Shown here: one piece after another, positions 18,112 to 28,500 of the stretch | Layout of the letters: every line of letters starts with the position of its first letter | Numbering within the stretch: position 1 is the first letter of the stretch | DNA from: Nitrososphaera sp. | GTDB lineage: Archaea; Thermoproteota; Nitrososphaeria; Nitrososphaerales; Nitrososphaeraceae | Assembly: GCA_036519825.1 (NCBI GenBank) | Contig: DATDKS010000134.1 | Coordinates: 1 to 62,249, forward strand | Length of the DNA stretch: 62,249 nt | Reading direction: 5' to 3' | Position numbers and translations under genes: made by a program | Notes under the pieces: model-generated | Seen by the model: only the letters and a program-made list of their open reading frames with translations | Databases searched by the model: none | Told to the model about the DNA's origin: nothing

Positions 18112-19035
18112 ATGACGATCAGGAATAGACTCGAAAAAAAGCCTGACTGGCTTCGCATCAGGTTGCCTTCTGGGGAGAACTATGTAAACGTCAGGCAAAC
18201 CATTGCTTCGCTAGGGCTTCACACAGTTTGCGAAGAAGCACGATGCCCAAACATTGGCGAATGCTGGGGAGGAGGAACGGCCACAATTATGATCATGGGA
18301 GACGTGTGCACAAGAGGCTGTAGGTTCTGCTCGGTTGGAAGTGGCAAGCCACTATATCTTGACCCAGACGAACCAGAGAGAGTAGCTAAAGCGATCAAAG
18401 AGTGGGGTCTGAGATACGTAGTGGTCACTTCTGTATGCAGAGACGATCTTCAGGACGGAGGGGCGGATCATATCGCAAAAACAATAAAGGCAGTCAAGGT
18501 GCAGTGCCCTGAAACAATAATTGAGCCCCTTATCCCGGATTTTCATGGCCATCGCCATGCCATAGAAAAGGTTGCGAGTGCAGGGCCGGAGGTCATAAGC
18601 CACAATATTGAAACTGTAGCCCGTCTTTCACCGCTAATTCGAGACTCACGAGCAACCTATGAGCAATCATTGCGTGTACTGGAAACAATAAAAGACATTG
18701 ACTACAAAATCTATACAAAGTCTTCTATAATGCTTGGTCTTGGAGAGATGGAAGAGGAGGTTATGCAGGCAGCCAGGGACCTCAGGTCGGCAGGTGTCGA
18801 CATAGTTTCCATCGGCCAGTATCTTCAACCCACCAGCAGACACCTCCCCGTTAAAGAGTATATCACGCCAGAAAAATTTGATTCATACAGGAAATGCATT
18901 GAAAAGATGGGATTTGCGTACGCGGTGGCAGGTCCTTTCGTCCGAAGCTCCTACAAGGCAGGAGAATTCTTCATCAAAAACTTAGTTTACAGTACACAGC
19001 CGAGCAGTAGTAGATCTCATACCAAACATGATTGA
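18112..19035 (+). CDS. lipA: Lipoyl synthase (radical SAM)
   Basis: KPDWL, CEEARCPNIGEC (CX4CX5C), CTRGCRFC (CX3CX2C), HNIETV, GQYLQP, VRSSY. Confidence 0.97.
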   Translation: MTIRNRLEKKPDWLRIRLPSGENYVNVRQTIASLGLHTVCEEARCPNIGECWGGGTATIMIMGDVCTRGCRFCSVGSGKPLYLDPDEPERVAKAIKEWGLRYVVVTSVCRDDLQDGGADHIAKTIKAVKVQCPETIIEPLIPDFHGHRHAIEKVASAGPEVISHNIETVARLSPLIRDSRATYEQSLRVLETIKDIDYKIYTKSSIMLGLGEMEEEVMQAARDLRSAGVDIVSIGQYLQPTSRHLPVKEYITPEKFDSYRKCIEKMGFAYAVAGPFVRSSYKAGEFFIKNLVYSTQPSSSRSHTKHD

Positions 19036-19062
19036 AAAGATGGATGAGATCTCTGAGGAACA

Positions 19063-19725
19063 CTAGCCCTTCATGCCAGAAGCTAGCTCGGTAATCTTCT
19101 TTTCCCAGGAAGTGGCCTTGACTATACCACTTGCAACAAGTATGCCCTGAGAACCAAGCTCCTTAGCCTTAGTGACGTCATCCTTGCCGGTGATGCCTGC
19201 TCCGCAGATGACTCTCGAGCGTGATCCAGTTGCTTCTATAGACTTGGTTATTATTGCAGGATTTTCAGTTGACACTGCTCTTCCGCTGCCGATAAGTTCG
19301 GGTGGCTCTATTGCGATAAAGTCAGGCTGAAGCGTAGATATCTCAGCAACTTCGTGAGGTTCCTGTGCGCACACGATTGACGCCATACCAAGCTTTCTCA
19401 TCCGCTCCACCAGGCTTGCGATTGATCTTCTTTCTATTCGATGCTCGCTGTGATTTATCAGTGACCCAACTGCACCATAGGACTTGGCGATCTCGGGTAC
19501 GATAAAACCTGTACTAGGGCCCATCTTTTCGTTGTCGACGTGCTGACATATCACTGGTATCTGTACCTTATTTGCAATCAGAGCCAGTACAGGCGGGGGT
19601 GGCGCAACTACTATCTCTATTTTAAGCTTCTGCGCAATCTCGCACGCTGCCTCAGCTAATTGGATTGCCCTGTCAGCCGAGACCTCTTCGTAGTTTTTGA
19701 AATTGATAATTAGTGGCTGCTTCAA
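19063..19725 (-). CDS. tpiA: Triosephosphate isomerase (archaeal type)
   Basis: INFKNY, NHSEHR, IEPPELIG, GAGI, LVASG. Confidence 0.95.
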   Translation of the reverse strand: MKQPLIINFKNYEEVSADRAIQLAEAACEIAQKLKIEIVVAPPPPVLALIANKVQIPVICQHVDNEKMGPSTGFIVPEIAKSYGAVGSLINHSEHRIERRSIASLVERMRKLGMASIVCAQEPHEVAEISTLQPDFIAIEPPELIGSGRAVSTENPAIITKSIEATGSRSRVICGAGITGKDDVTKAKELGSQGILVASGIVKATSWEKKITELASGMKG

Positions 19726-20894
19726 AGCTTGCTACTGCCAGCTTTAGTCTGTTTTGTAGAAGCAGTAGCCTTAGTCGCCTTGCTCTTGCCATTCATTATC
19801 TCCTCTAAATTTTTGAACTTGCTCTGCAACTTTGACATTCTAGCCTCATATCCTTTGTTGTATTCGAGTTCATCTGGAACAAGTGTGGCTGGATGGATAA
19901 AGCCTTGGTTACGCATTATCATTGCACGCTCTGCTGCCCTCATCCTCTGTAAATCCCAGTCGGCAGTACCAAAGCCGTCATGTGGCCCGGTGAGCTTGCC
20001 ATTGCGCATGCTAAAAAGCAGGCATGATACGATTGGGATAGAATAATTCAGTGATGCGGCAGAATTGAGTTTGACTGGCATCAGGGGCATGTGATGGCTT
20101 CCTCTTGTGTTGCCTGCGACATAATGAGGCTCGTTGAAGGAGCTGCCTGCTTCTTCGGTGGCTGGAAAATTCTTTTGAGTTCTTACTATTGCTATTGGAT
20201 CGTCTTTGCCGACGTACGTGCCAGCGATGTTGTGCAGCCTATCAGTAGACGCTGATACGATCTGTTCATTGCCGTCAGACGACACAACGGAATGGACAAC
20301 GTAGCGGCCTGGATACATTAGCGATGCTTCTAGCTCAGCCTTATCTTCCCACAATTTCAGCTCGGCAACCTTGCCACTCATGACGTCCATTATCCTAAAT
20401 ATCACACCTTCTGCAAGCTGCTCGTTGATCAAAATGCCAGTGTTGCTACCGGCGTCAACAAACATGCGCCACATCGGCAGGTTGAATGCACCTGGCTCTG
20501 TCTTGTCTGCTGCAAATATGCAGAATACTTCACTTGGCCTCTCTTCCATTTCAATTTCTGCAACACCCGGTCCCATTCCCTTGACGTTGCCAGAGAAGGA
20601 GTCTTTGAGTAGATCTTGTCCTGCACCATACAACCCCTGATCCTTTGCTAGTTTAGTGCCTTCAATAAAGGCATCCCACGCCAGCTTGTGAATTTTTTCG
20701 TCCTCCACACCTCGAGTATGGGTCATTATTATGTGTATATCATCACCAGTGTATCCAATGTAATGATCTATAAGAAGCCCTTTTGCATTTTTAATGACAA
20801 AGTCCCTCACAGTCTCTAAAAGTTCTTCGCTTGGGCGGGTGTGGCCTCCGATGCCTCCAATATCTGCTTTGATAGCACTAATTGTAACTCGCAT
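19722..20894 (-). CDS. fbp: Fructose-1,6-bisphosphate aldolase/phosphatase (class V)
   Basis: KADIGGIGGH, GDD, GLYGAGQDLL, ADKTEPGAFN, YVGKDDP, ELEY. Confidence 0.96.
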   Translation of the reverse strand: MRVTISAIKADIGGIGGHTRPSEELLETVRDFVIKNAKGLLIDHYIGYTGDDIHIIMTHTRGVEDEKIHKLAWDAFIEGTKLAKDQGLYGAGQDLLKDSFSGNVKGMGPGVAEIEMEERPSEVFCIFAADKTEPGAFNLPMWRMFVDAGSNTGILINEQLAEGVIFRIMDVMSGKVAELKLWEDKAELEASLMYPGRYVVHSVVSSDGNEQIVSASTDRLHNIAGTYVGKDDPIAIVRTQKNFPATEEAGSSFNEPHYVAGNTRGSHHMPLMPVKLNSAASLNYSIPIVSCLLFSMRNGKLTGPHDGFGTADWDLQRMRAAERAMIMRNQGFIHPATLVPDELEYNKGYEARMSKLQSKFKNLEEIMNGKSKATKATASTKQTKAGSSKL

Positions 20895-21054
20895 AATGAG
20901 ACAGGTCGCGACTTATCACTTAAATCCTTTCCGATAAGTGGTAGGCCACAAACTGATTGAAAGCTGCAGAGGCCTAGTCGATAGACCAGTTGATGTGAAT
21001 TTTCAAACAATCTTGGCCGAAATACAAATAAAGCCCATGGGGCGTTCCTGCTCT

Positions 21055-22368
21055 ATGAGCGCTAGCAAAAAGCCACACATGAACCTAGTTGTTACCGGTC
21101 ACGTCGATAATGGTAAATCAACTACTGTAGGTCATTTATTGGTTGATCTGGGTGCCATTGACCAGAGAACCATCGAGCAATATGCAAAAGAATCAGAAGC
21201 AACGGGCAAGGGTGACACCTTCAAGTATGCATGGGTTCTAGATAGCATCAAGGACGAACGCGAAAGAGGTATTACTATCGATCTCGCTTTCCAAAAGTTT
21301 GAAACATCAAAGTATTTCTACACGTTGATTGACGCTCCAGGTCATAGGGACTTTATCAAAAACATGATAACTGGTGCATCAGAGGCTGATGCATCCATTT
21401 TGGTGATTTCTGTGAAGCCCGGTGAAATGGAAGCAGCAATTGAGCCGGGAGGACAGGGAAGAGAACACGCTTTCCTTGCTAGGACCCTTGGCGTGAATCA
21501 AATCATAGTTGCACTGAACAAGATGGATGATGCTAACTTCCAAGAATCACGCTACAAGGAGGCCAAAGAGGCAGTCGAAAAGATGCTCAAGCTTGTCGGC
21601 TACAATACCGCCAAGATCAACTTTATCCCTATTTCTGGCTGGAAGGGCGATAACTTGGTTAAAAAGTCGGAGAATATGCCTTGGTACAAAGGACCCACAC
21701 TTGCTGAGGCACTTGATATTTTAGATCCGCCAGAAAAACCAGTGGGTAAGCCACTGAGAATCCCTATACAGGACGTATACTCTATTACAGGTGTTGGAAC
21801 TGTCCCCGTAGGCAGGGTCGAGACAGGTAAGATGAAGCCGGGTGAAAAAGTCATCGTGATGCCTTCTGGTGCGGCTGGCGAGATCAAGTCGATAGAGACT
21901 CACCACACTCAGCTAGAGTCTGCAGAAGCAGGAGACAATGTCGGATTTAACCTGAGAGGTGTAGATAAGAAGCAGATCAAGCGAGGCGATATGATTGGAG
22001 CCGCGGACAACCCTCCATCAGTTGCCAAGGAGTTAGAAGCTCGTCTGATCGTGATCCACCACCCAACAGCAATAGCCCCTGGATATACTCCAGTTTTGCA
22101 TGCACATACGGCGCAGGTGGCTGCGACAATCTCGCAGTTCGTCTCAAAAATTGACCCCAGGACAGGCGCAACGACAGAGCAGAACCCCAAGTTCCTCAAG
22201 ACAGGCGATGCAGCAATCGTCAGAATCAAGCCGGTGAGGCCACTACCTATTGAGACTTTCAAGGACTTTCCAGAGATCGGGAGGTTTGCCCTACGGGATA
22301 TGGGCACCACGATCGGTGCCGGGGTTGTGCTGGGCATTACTGAGAAGTACGATCCAAGCAAAAAGTAA
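21055..22368 (+). CDS. tuf: Translation elongation factor EF-1alpha
   Basis: GHVDNGKST, RGITID, DAPGH, NKMD, GRFALRD; start MSASKKPH at 21055. Confidence 0.98.
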   Translation: MSASKKPHMNLVVTGHVDNGKSTTVGHLLVDLGAIDQRTIEQYAKESEATGKGDTFKYAWVLDSIKDERERGITIDLAFQKFETSKYFYTLIDAPGHRDFIKNMITGASEADASILVISVKPGEMEAAIEPGGQGREHAFLARTLGVNQIIVALNKMDDANFQESRYKEAKEAVEKMLKLVGYNTAKINFIPISGWKGDNLVKKSENMPWYKGPTLAEALDILDPPEKPVGKPLRIPIQDVYSITGVGTVPVGRVETGKMKPGEKVIVMPSGAAGEIKSIETHHTQLESAEAGDNVGFNLRGVDKKQIKRGDMIGAADNPPSVAKELEARLIVIHHPTAIAPGYTPVLHAHTAQVAATISQFVSKIDPRTGATTEQNPKFLKTGDAAIVRIKPVRPLPIETFKDFPEIGRFALRDMGTTIGAGVVLGITEKYDPSKK

Positions 22369-22382
22369 AGTGGACGATAGAT

Positions 22383-22694
22383 ATGCCTCAGGCAGCAAGA
22401 ATTAAACTTACAAGCACAAATCTTACAACGCTTGAAGGCGTTTGTAATGAGATAAAAGGGATTGGAGAAAAGACAGGGATCAGATTGCGCGGCCCGCATC
22501 CACTTCCGACAAAAAAGCTCAAAGTAGTCACTAGAAAATCTCCTGCTGGCCAGGGAACCAACACCTGGGACAAGTATGAAATGCGTATCCATAGGCGCGT
22601 GATAGATGTTGGGGCCGATGACAGGGCCATTAGACAGCTGATGCGTCTGAAGATCCCCGACGACGTTTATATCGAAGTCTCTTTAACGCAATAA
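22383..22694 (+). CDS. rpsJ: 30S ribosomal protein S10
   Basis: RIKL, GPHPLPTK, RKSP, MRIHRRVID; follows EF-1alpha. Confidence 0.97.
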   Translation: MPQAARIKLTSTNLTTLEGVCNEIKGIGEKTGIRLRGPHPLPTKKLKVVTRKSPAGQGTNTWDKYEMRIHRRVIDVGADDRAIRQLMRLKIPDDVYIEVSLTQ

Positions 22695-23615
22695 TAATAC
22701 CCTACTAATTTTTTTGTACGAACCTTTCGGAACCCTGATGTGCTGTGAAGTATCGGGGTGCAAGATTTTTGCCATTATTTCAAGACCTATAACAGTACGC
22801 GGCCCCGGCTTGCTAAAATATGCATTTGCATTGACAGTGTAGACATTTCCATTTTTGACTGCTTGAAGCGACTTCCACTTTTCATTTCGTGCAAGCGCTG
22901 GCAGTTCTCTCAACGTTTCCTCTATATCAAAGCCGCATGGCATAAGCAAAATGGTATCTGGATTCAGCTGTACTACTTCGTCTATGTCCATTCTGCGCGA
23001 CGGCTCGCCGGTAGAGCTTAGGCCGTTTTCACCGCCAGCATATCTAACCATCTGGGGAATCCAGTGCCCAGCAGTAAAAAGCGGGTCAATCCACTCAACG
23101 CAGAGCACTTTGGGATTGCGCTTTACCTTCATGCTCCGCACCATGTCAATACGCTTTTGCAGTGAAGCTACAAGCTTTCGTCCTTCCGTAACTCTGCCTA
23201 TTTTTTCTGCTACTTCCATTATGCCGACAAGTATATCATCAAGATCGTGAGGGTCGAGAACTAGCACATCTGGTCGGTGGTCTCCAAGCAGGCTGACTGC
23301 TCTGTTTATCTCTTTTGTAAATGGCGAGCACACTTCACAAAGCCCTTGTGCAACGATAAGGTCAGGACAGACTCTTTTCAGGATGTTTTCGTCTACAATG
23401 TAAATGTCCTTCCCTGAGTGCGTCAGCTCAACTATTTTGTTATCTATATCACGCCCTGACATTCGGCTGGGGTCAAAAGAGGGCCGTATAACCTGGGGTT
23501 TTTTCCTTGCCTGATATGGATAGTTGCACTCGTGTGTCACGCCTACTATCAGGTTTCCAGCACCAAGTTCATAAAGTGTCTCAGTTGCGCTTGGAAGAAA
23601 CGAGACAATCCGCAA
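22683..23615 (-). CDS. BtuF-like cobalamin/Fe-siderophore-type binding protein lacking a signal peptide
   Basis: MRIVSFLPSATE, VGVTHEC, PDLI, EWIDP...GHW, FSKPGPR. Confidence 0.85.
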   Translation of the reverse strand: MRIVSFLPSATETLYELGAGNLIVGVTHECNYPYQARKKPQVIRPSFDPSRMSGRDIDNKIVELTHSGKDIYIVDENILKRVCPDLIVAQGLCEVCSPFTKEINRAVSLLGDHRPDVLVLDPHDLDDILVGIMEVAEKIGRVTEGRKLVASLQKRIDMVRSMKVKRNPKVLCVEWIDPLFTAGHWIPQMVRYAGGENGLSSTGEPSRRMDIDEVVQLNPDTILLMPCGFDIEETLRELPALARNEKWKSLQAVKNGNVYTVNANAYFSKPGPRTVIGLEIMAKILHPDTSQHIRVPKGSYKKISRVLLLR

Positions 23616-23878
23616 TACAGGATATGAAAAGTTTCAACTCTTAAAAACCTGACTGGCCAGATTGTTCCTTGGAGTTATCCCGTCATAGGACATGTTATTA
23701 GGGTGCGAACATTGTTCTTCCTCTATTTTCCTTTCACCTTTTTCTATTTCTGGAATCTTCAACTGCAGGGTCCGAAAGCAAATCAACTGCCCTGCTCAAT
23801 GTAGTCACTCAGACAATAATTTCACAATAGATTATTATTATCTGGAGGCTTTTTTATACCAACTCCTTTGCATGCGTT

Positions 23879-24385
23879 ATGGTAATTATTGTCATCATCT
23901 GTCTTATTCTGTATCTTGCACTGTTCTCAACCGTTCTAACCTTGCAGCCGATAACAGCACAGGAGCAGATCAGCCTTGGAGCACTAAGCGATGGGGGTAC
24001 GTTCAAGGTTGAAATATTATGGATCCCAAATGATATCGGCAACGTAAACAAGTTTGAAATACACTTTTTTGACCCGGATACTGGCAGCGAAATTGAAGAT
24101 ATCAAATATGACATTTCAATTTATAAAGACGACAGGCCTCTGCTCCAAAAGTTAGATCAAGTATCAGTTTCTCAAGAGTTTTTCTTTGAAGACCCTGGAT
24201 CATATGAAATAAGCATAGATGATATTGAAGATCTGGGAGAGCGAGTCACAATACCAATACAGGTTACGCCTGAGTTCAGGCCTCAGATGCTTGTGCTTTC
24301 TGCGGCTGCGGCACTGGGCCTAGCAGGGCTTGCGGCCAGCTCCAATAGTAACAATTTATTTAGGCACCCGATCAATCAATCATGA
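23879..24385 (+). CDS. Surface protein with PEF-CTERM-like sorting signal
   Basis: Signal peptide, Ig-like beta domain, VTPEF followed by a hydrophobic segment. Confidence 0.7.
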   Translation: MVIIVIICLILYLALFSTVLTLQPITAQEQISLGALSDGGTFKVEILWIPNDIGNVNKFEIHFFDPDTGSEIEDIKYDISIYKDDRPLLQKLDQVSVSQEFFFEDPGSYEISIDDIEDLGERVTIPIQVTPEFRPQMLVLSAAAALGLAGLAASSNSNNLFRHPINQS

Positions 24386-24921
24386 TAATGGCAAGAAGCA
24401 TATTCTTCTTCGTTGCGTTAATGCTTGCAGCGATTTTCAGCATTACTGCCACAGCTATCGCTCCTGCTGCATACGCCCAAGACGGAGGAATGGTGAAAAC
24501 TACCAGCAAGGGCACGCTTGATATTCGCTTAGAACCTGCATGGAGCGATGGCGGACAGACTACATTCAACGTGAGCTTTCTCAACCCTGGCACAGAAGCT
24601 GTCCATGAGCACCAAGATTATGATTTTAGGATATTGAAGGATGGTCAACAAGTCTTCAGCGCGGCAAATCAGACAGGGCAGCCAGTTCTTCACAACGTTG
24701 AGGGAACAGTGACAATCCCATATACATTTCAAGAAAATGGAGCTTATACAATACAGGTGTACCTTGCTGGCACAGGCATAGCCCCTACAATACCGACTGA
24801 TGAAGAAGCCACATTTTCGGTAACTGTGACTCCGGAATTTCCTGCCGGTGTGCTACCTGCTTCTCTGGCTGTATTTATGACCACTGGAATATTCCTCGCA
24901 CAAAGGCTGAAGTACTTCTAG
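24382..24921 (+). CDS. Surface protein with PEF-CTERM-like sorting signal (HEHQDYD motif)
   Basis: Signal peptide ending AYA; VTPEFP, TM segment, then RLK; paralogous domain to the upstream gene. Confidence 0.8.
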   Translation: MIMARSIFFFVALMLAAIFSITATAIAPAAYAQDGGMVKTTSKGTLDIRLEPAWSDGGQTTFNVSFLNPGTEAVHEHQDYDFRILKDGQQVFSAANQTGQPVLHNVEGTVTIPYTFQENGAYTIQVYLAGTGIAPTIPTDEEATFSVTVTPEFPAGVLPASLAVFMTTGIFLAQRLKYF

Positions 24922-25520
24922 AATTTTTTTCACTGGGAGACAGGGTGACCAGGCTATGATAGCAAAGCCAACTTATCATGAACAGCCTGCCAGAAAGAAC
25001 CCTCAAACCCCAACCTCAGTACTGCTTTGCAGATGTAACGGTCCTGAAGATATCCGTTCGTCCTAATGGTCAGAAGCGCTCTGGCCAATCCAAGGAATGT
25101 GACAGATCTTGAGCGCAACGTCCGTGCGGCGACATTTAGGCTAAGACGAGTAGAACAATGATGATGTAGCTTGTAGTTAATGAGTTCATACATATACACA
25201 TAAAGAGAGACATATATGCTAGATGAAATGAGTTTTTATTTTATAGTTCCAGTATTGCCTGCATATCGCAATTAGCTGAGATATATTCTTCTCCAAACTG
25301 ATATTTCAGACGGCATTTAAGCATCAATGTTGTTGTCAGCGAACAAGCTGGACCACACCAATATGGTTTTAGTAAAGGTTAACAACCAGCTCTCGTGCTA
25401 GTTTCCTTTGTCATTTTTTGCTTCGTAGGGCGATCAAGAATATAATAACTAAGCCTGTGTGTTGCAAGATGACATACAAAATAGCAGATAATTTACTGAC
25501 AACAATTTTCTGTGTCCTGA

Positions 25521-28500
25521 CTAGCTCTTTTGCCTTAATGCAGCATGCATATTACGCTTCAAGTCAATTGAAGACTTGGCGTAGAAAAGCGCACTCATAA
25601 CTATGCCGGCTGCAATGCCCGGCCCAGCCCCAGCAGCGAATGAAAATCCAAGTTGTGGAATTTTGTCTGCAGTCGATGCGCCGGCCTGCTGCTGTTGCTC
25701 TACTCCGCTGCCATTGCCTGAAGGCGATGGGGATGAAGAAGGCTTGGCTGTTATGGTAATGCTACCAAGTCCGTTACCCTGTTGGGCTGCAAACCAGATC
25801 CTCCCATTGTCATCTGAAGTTATCCACTGTATGAATGACCCTGCAATTGGGATATTAGCCTCCCTATTTGCTCCTGTTCTTGGGTCTAGCACTGCCATCT
25901 TGTCAATCGTGTGCTCTGCGACCCATAGATTGCCATAGCTGTCCGTGGTCATACCGAAGGGTAGGCCGGCCTCATCAAGCGGCGGGTACTTGTGGAAAGT
26001 GCCAAGAAGTGTATTAAAAGCAGTAACCGTATGGGAGGTATGCTCTGAAATGTATAATGTGCCGGGGTTATTCGGATCCTCAAATATTGCTGTTGGCTCG
26101 TCAAGCGCTTGCTGCCCATTTTTTGGGGTATATTCAGTTATATTGCCACTGTTGACGTCTATTTTCGCAATTTTTCCAATAGCTTCTGCAAACCACACGT
26201 TGCCTTGACTGTCAGTCATGATTCCTACTGGCTCTGCCTGCGCTGTTGGAATGTCATATGACTCGAATTGCTCTGTTTGGGGTATGAATTTTACGACCTT
26301 GTTTGACTGAGAGGTGGGTACCCACAGATTTCCACTACTGTCCACCGTAAGTCCGGTCCCAATACCTTCTATTGGTATCACAAAATGCTTTTGCGATTCT
26401 GTGTTGGGATCATAAACTCCGAGGGTACTGTTTGGCCGTGCCGCCAATGGGTCAATATACCATAGCTTACCGTCAGGGGCGAGCACCGTTTGCGTCACAA
26501 TATTTGCGCCTGTAATATTGTGAGCAGCGTAGTTGCCAGTAGCAATGTCTAGCTGCCATATCCTTCCGCTTCCTAACAGCGAGTCCCCCACCCATATTGC
26601 TTGCCTCTCGGCATCAAATACTGGAAAGAGAGGCATACTACTAGTTGGAGTCCTGTACTGATTGACGCTAAAATCCAGGTTTGATACCTGCGGTTTGACA
26701 TTCAGATCAAGGGAGGCAATCATGTTACTTCCTTGCGAGTTGACTCCTTCGATTATTACATCCCATTTGCCGGGTACGCCAAAACTGGCAGTGGAAGTAA
26801 ACACACCATCTGACTGTTTGTTTGTGTCAATTGTAATTGGTCCTATGGCTTTGTCAATTTGAGTCATCTTTATCGATGCAGAATCGATGCTGCTAACCGG
26901 CTTGCCATCTGCTCCAACAAATGACATCTTGAAGTTGTTCTGACCCACATCAAAGGGGCTTATTGACAGCTTTATCTTGGCACCATCATCTAAATATACA
27001 GTCTGAGCAAAGTCGGTCTTTAAAGGAGACGTTTGCCCAGAAGTATCATTTGCTTGACCCCCACCACCACCACCACTGCTGCTGCCAGCAGCAGTTGCTG
27101 CCAGCTGCTCTTGGCTTTGATATGCTGGAAACTCACCCGATGGCACGGCACTGTTTGCCATCAAGGTTACCATCAATAGCAAACCAATACCAACTGCCGC
27201 CTCTACCTTGAGGAATTTGCCAAAGTGTTTAAGGTTTGGAGTCCTTGTATGTATCATACTTGTACCTCCTCCTCCACCACCGCCGCTATTGACCACTGAT
27301 ACAGCCTTCTTTTGTATTGCAAATTGCGAATAGGCTCCCATCCCCAACATGACCCCTGCAAGGCTCAGCTTAATTATGAGAAATTTACCATACAGAGATG
27401 CAAGTACAAGCGAAAGATCACTTTCGATAGAATATAGCAAGAGGGGGCCTGTTATTGCTACGACTCCAAGTATCACCACTACTATTATAGAAAATCTTGG
27501 AATCAGAAGCGAAATTGCTGTAGCCTTTACCCTTTCATCAGCAATTTCAAGTATTTTAGGAGCTGCAAGAAATCCAAGGAATATGAGACCACCTATCCAG
27601 ATTGCAGCTGCAGCATCATGGAAAAAGTCGAGCGCTATTGCACCTATCTGGCTTGTTGCTGCGGCATGGGCTATTAGACTGGAAGTAACAAGTATGGCAA
27701 GACCCAGAATTAGTATCGCAAGTGTTTCTGATCTTCGCGCACTTTGATGCTTCTTGATGACCTTTCGATAAACTGAAAAAGCAATAGCAGCCAAGATTGC
27801 CGATTGCAGCATTCTTGAGAGCCAGACATTTCCAAACTTAGTTGCGATGGCATCTTGGATGCTGCCGCCTACCGAATTGGCCTGCACAAGGATCATCGCT
27901 ACGCACGATGCAAGCAAAAGTATAACGCCTATGATAACAAACTTTACCATGGCTTTGTCTATTGCAATTTTCTTTTGCGCAATAGCGTCGGAAAGCCACG
28001 GCACTCTAGAGATTGGTTTCCATAGCCACAACGTGGCAAAGGAACCGCCTACAATCATAACTAGTCCAATCATTCCAGGATATCTCGATGCAATCGCTGG
28101 CGTAGAAAACAAATCCTGTGTTTGCTGCTCTGCAGTTTGGCCGGTAATTTGCGTGCCCAATCCGACACCGAAAGTAAATGCATTGTCAAGAGTATGGCCA
28201 TCAACTGCAGAAAGTACCTTTGTAGATACAGTGTAGGTGCCGTCGGGCAGCCCCGGCGGAAGGCTAACTCCTAATGAAGCTGTGTCTCCATCAACATTAT
28301 GTGGATCGTTTTTATCTACTTTACTTCCATCAGGACCTATAACTGAGATCTTGCTATATTTCAATTCTATCGGCTCAGTAAAGAAAACATTTACTGATGG
28401 GGGTGATGAAGTAACTGTCTGGAAGGCTTGTGGAGCAGATTTGACATAAGCAGGATGGGCAAAAGAGTTCGGCAGGCTGTAAGCAAATAGAGCAACAAGT

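Noticed and set aside
18046..18198. N-terminal extension of GcvT overlapping lipA (similarly 20938-21054 for EF-1alpha)
   Set aside because: Family similarity begins downstream; the extensions are artefacts of longest-ORF calling.
11258..19062. Mobile-element hallmarks around the GCS island
   Set aside because: No integrase, transposase, tRNA or terminal repeats found by eye, so it is not called a mobile element.
24955..25150. LCRC...YPF fragments resembling a CDGSH Fe-S motif
   Set aside because: Motif is incomplete and split across frames; likely chance.
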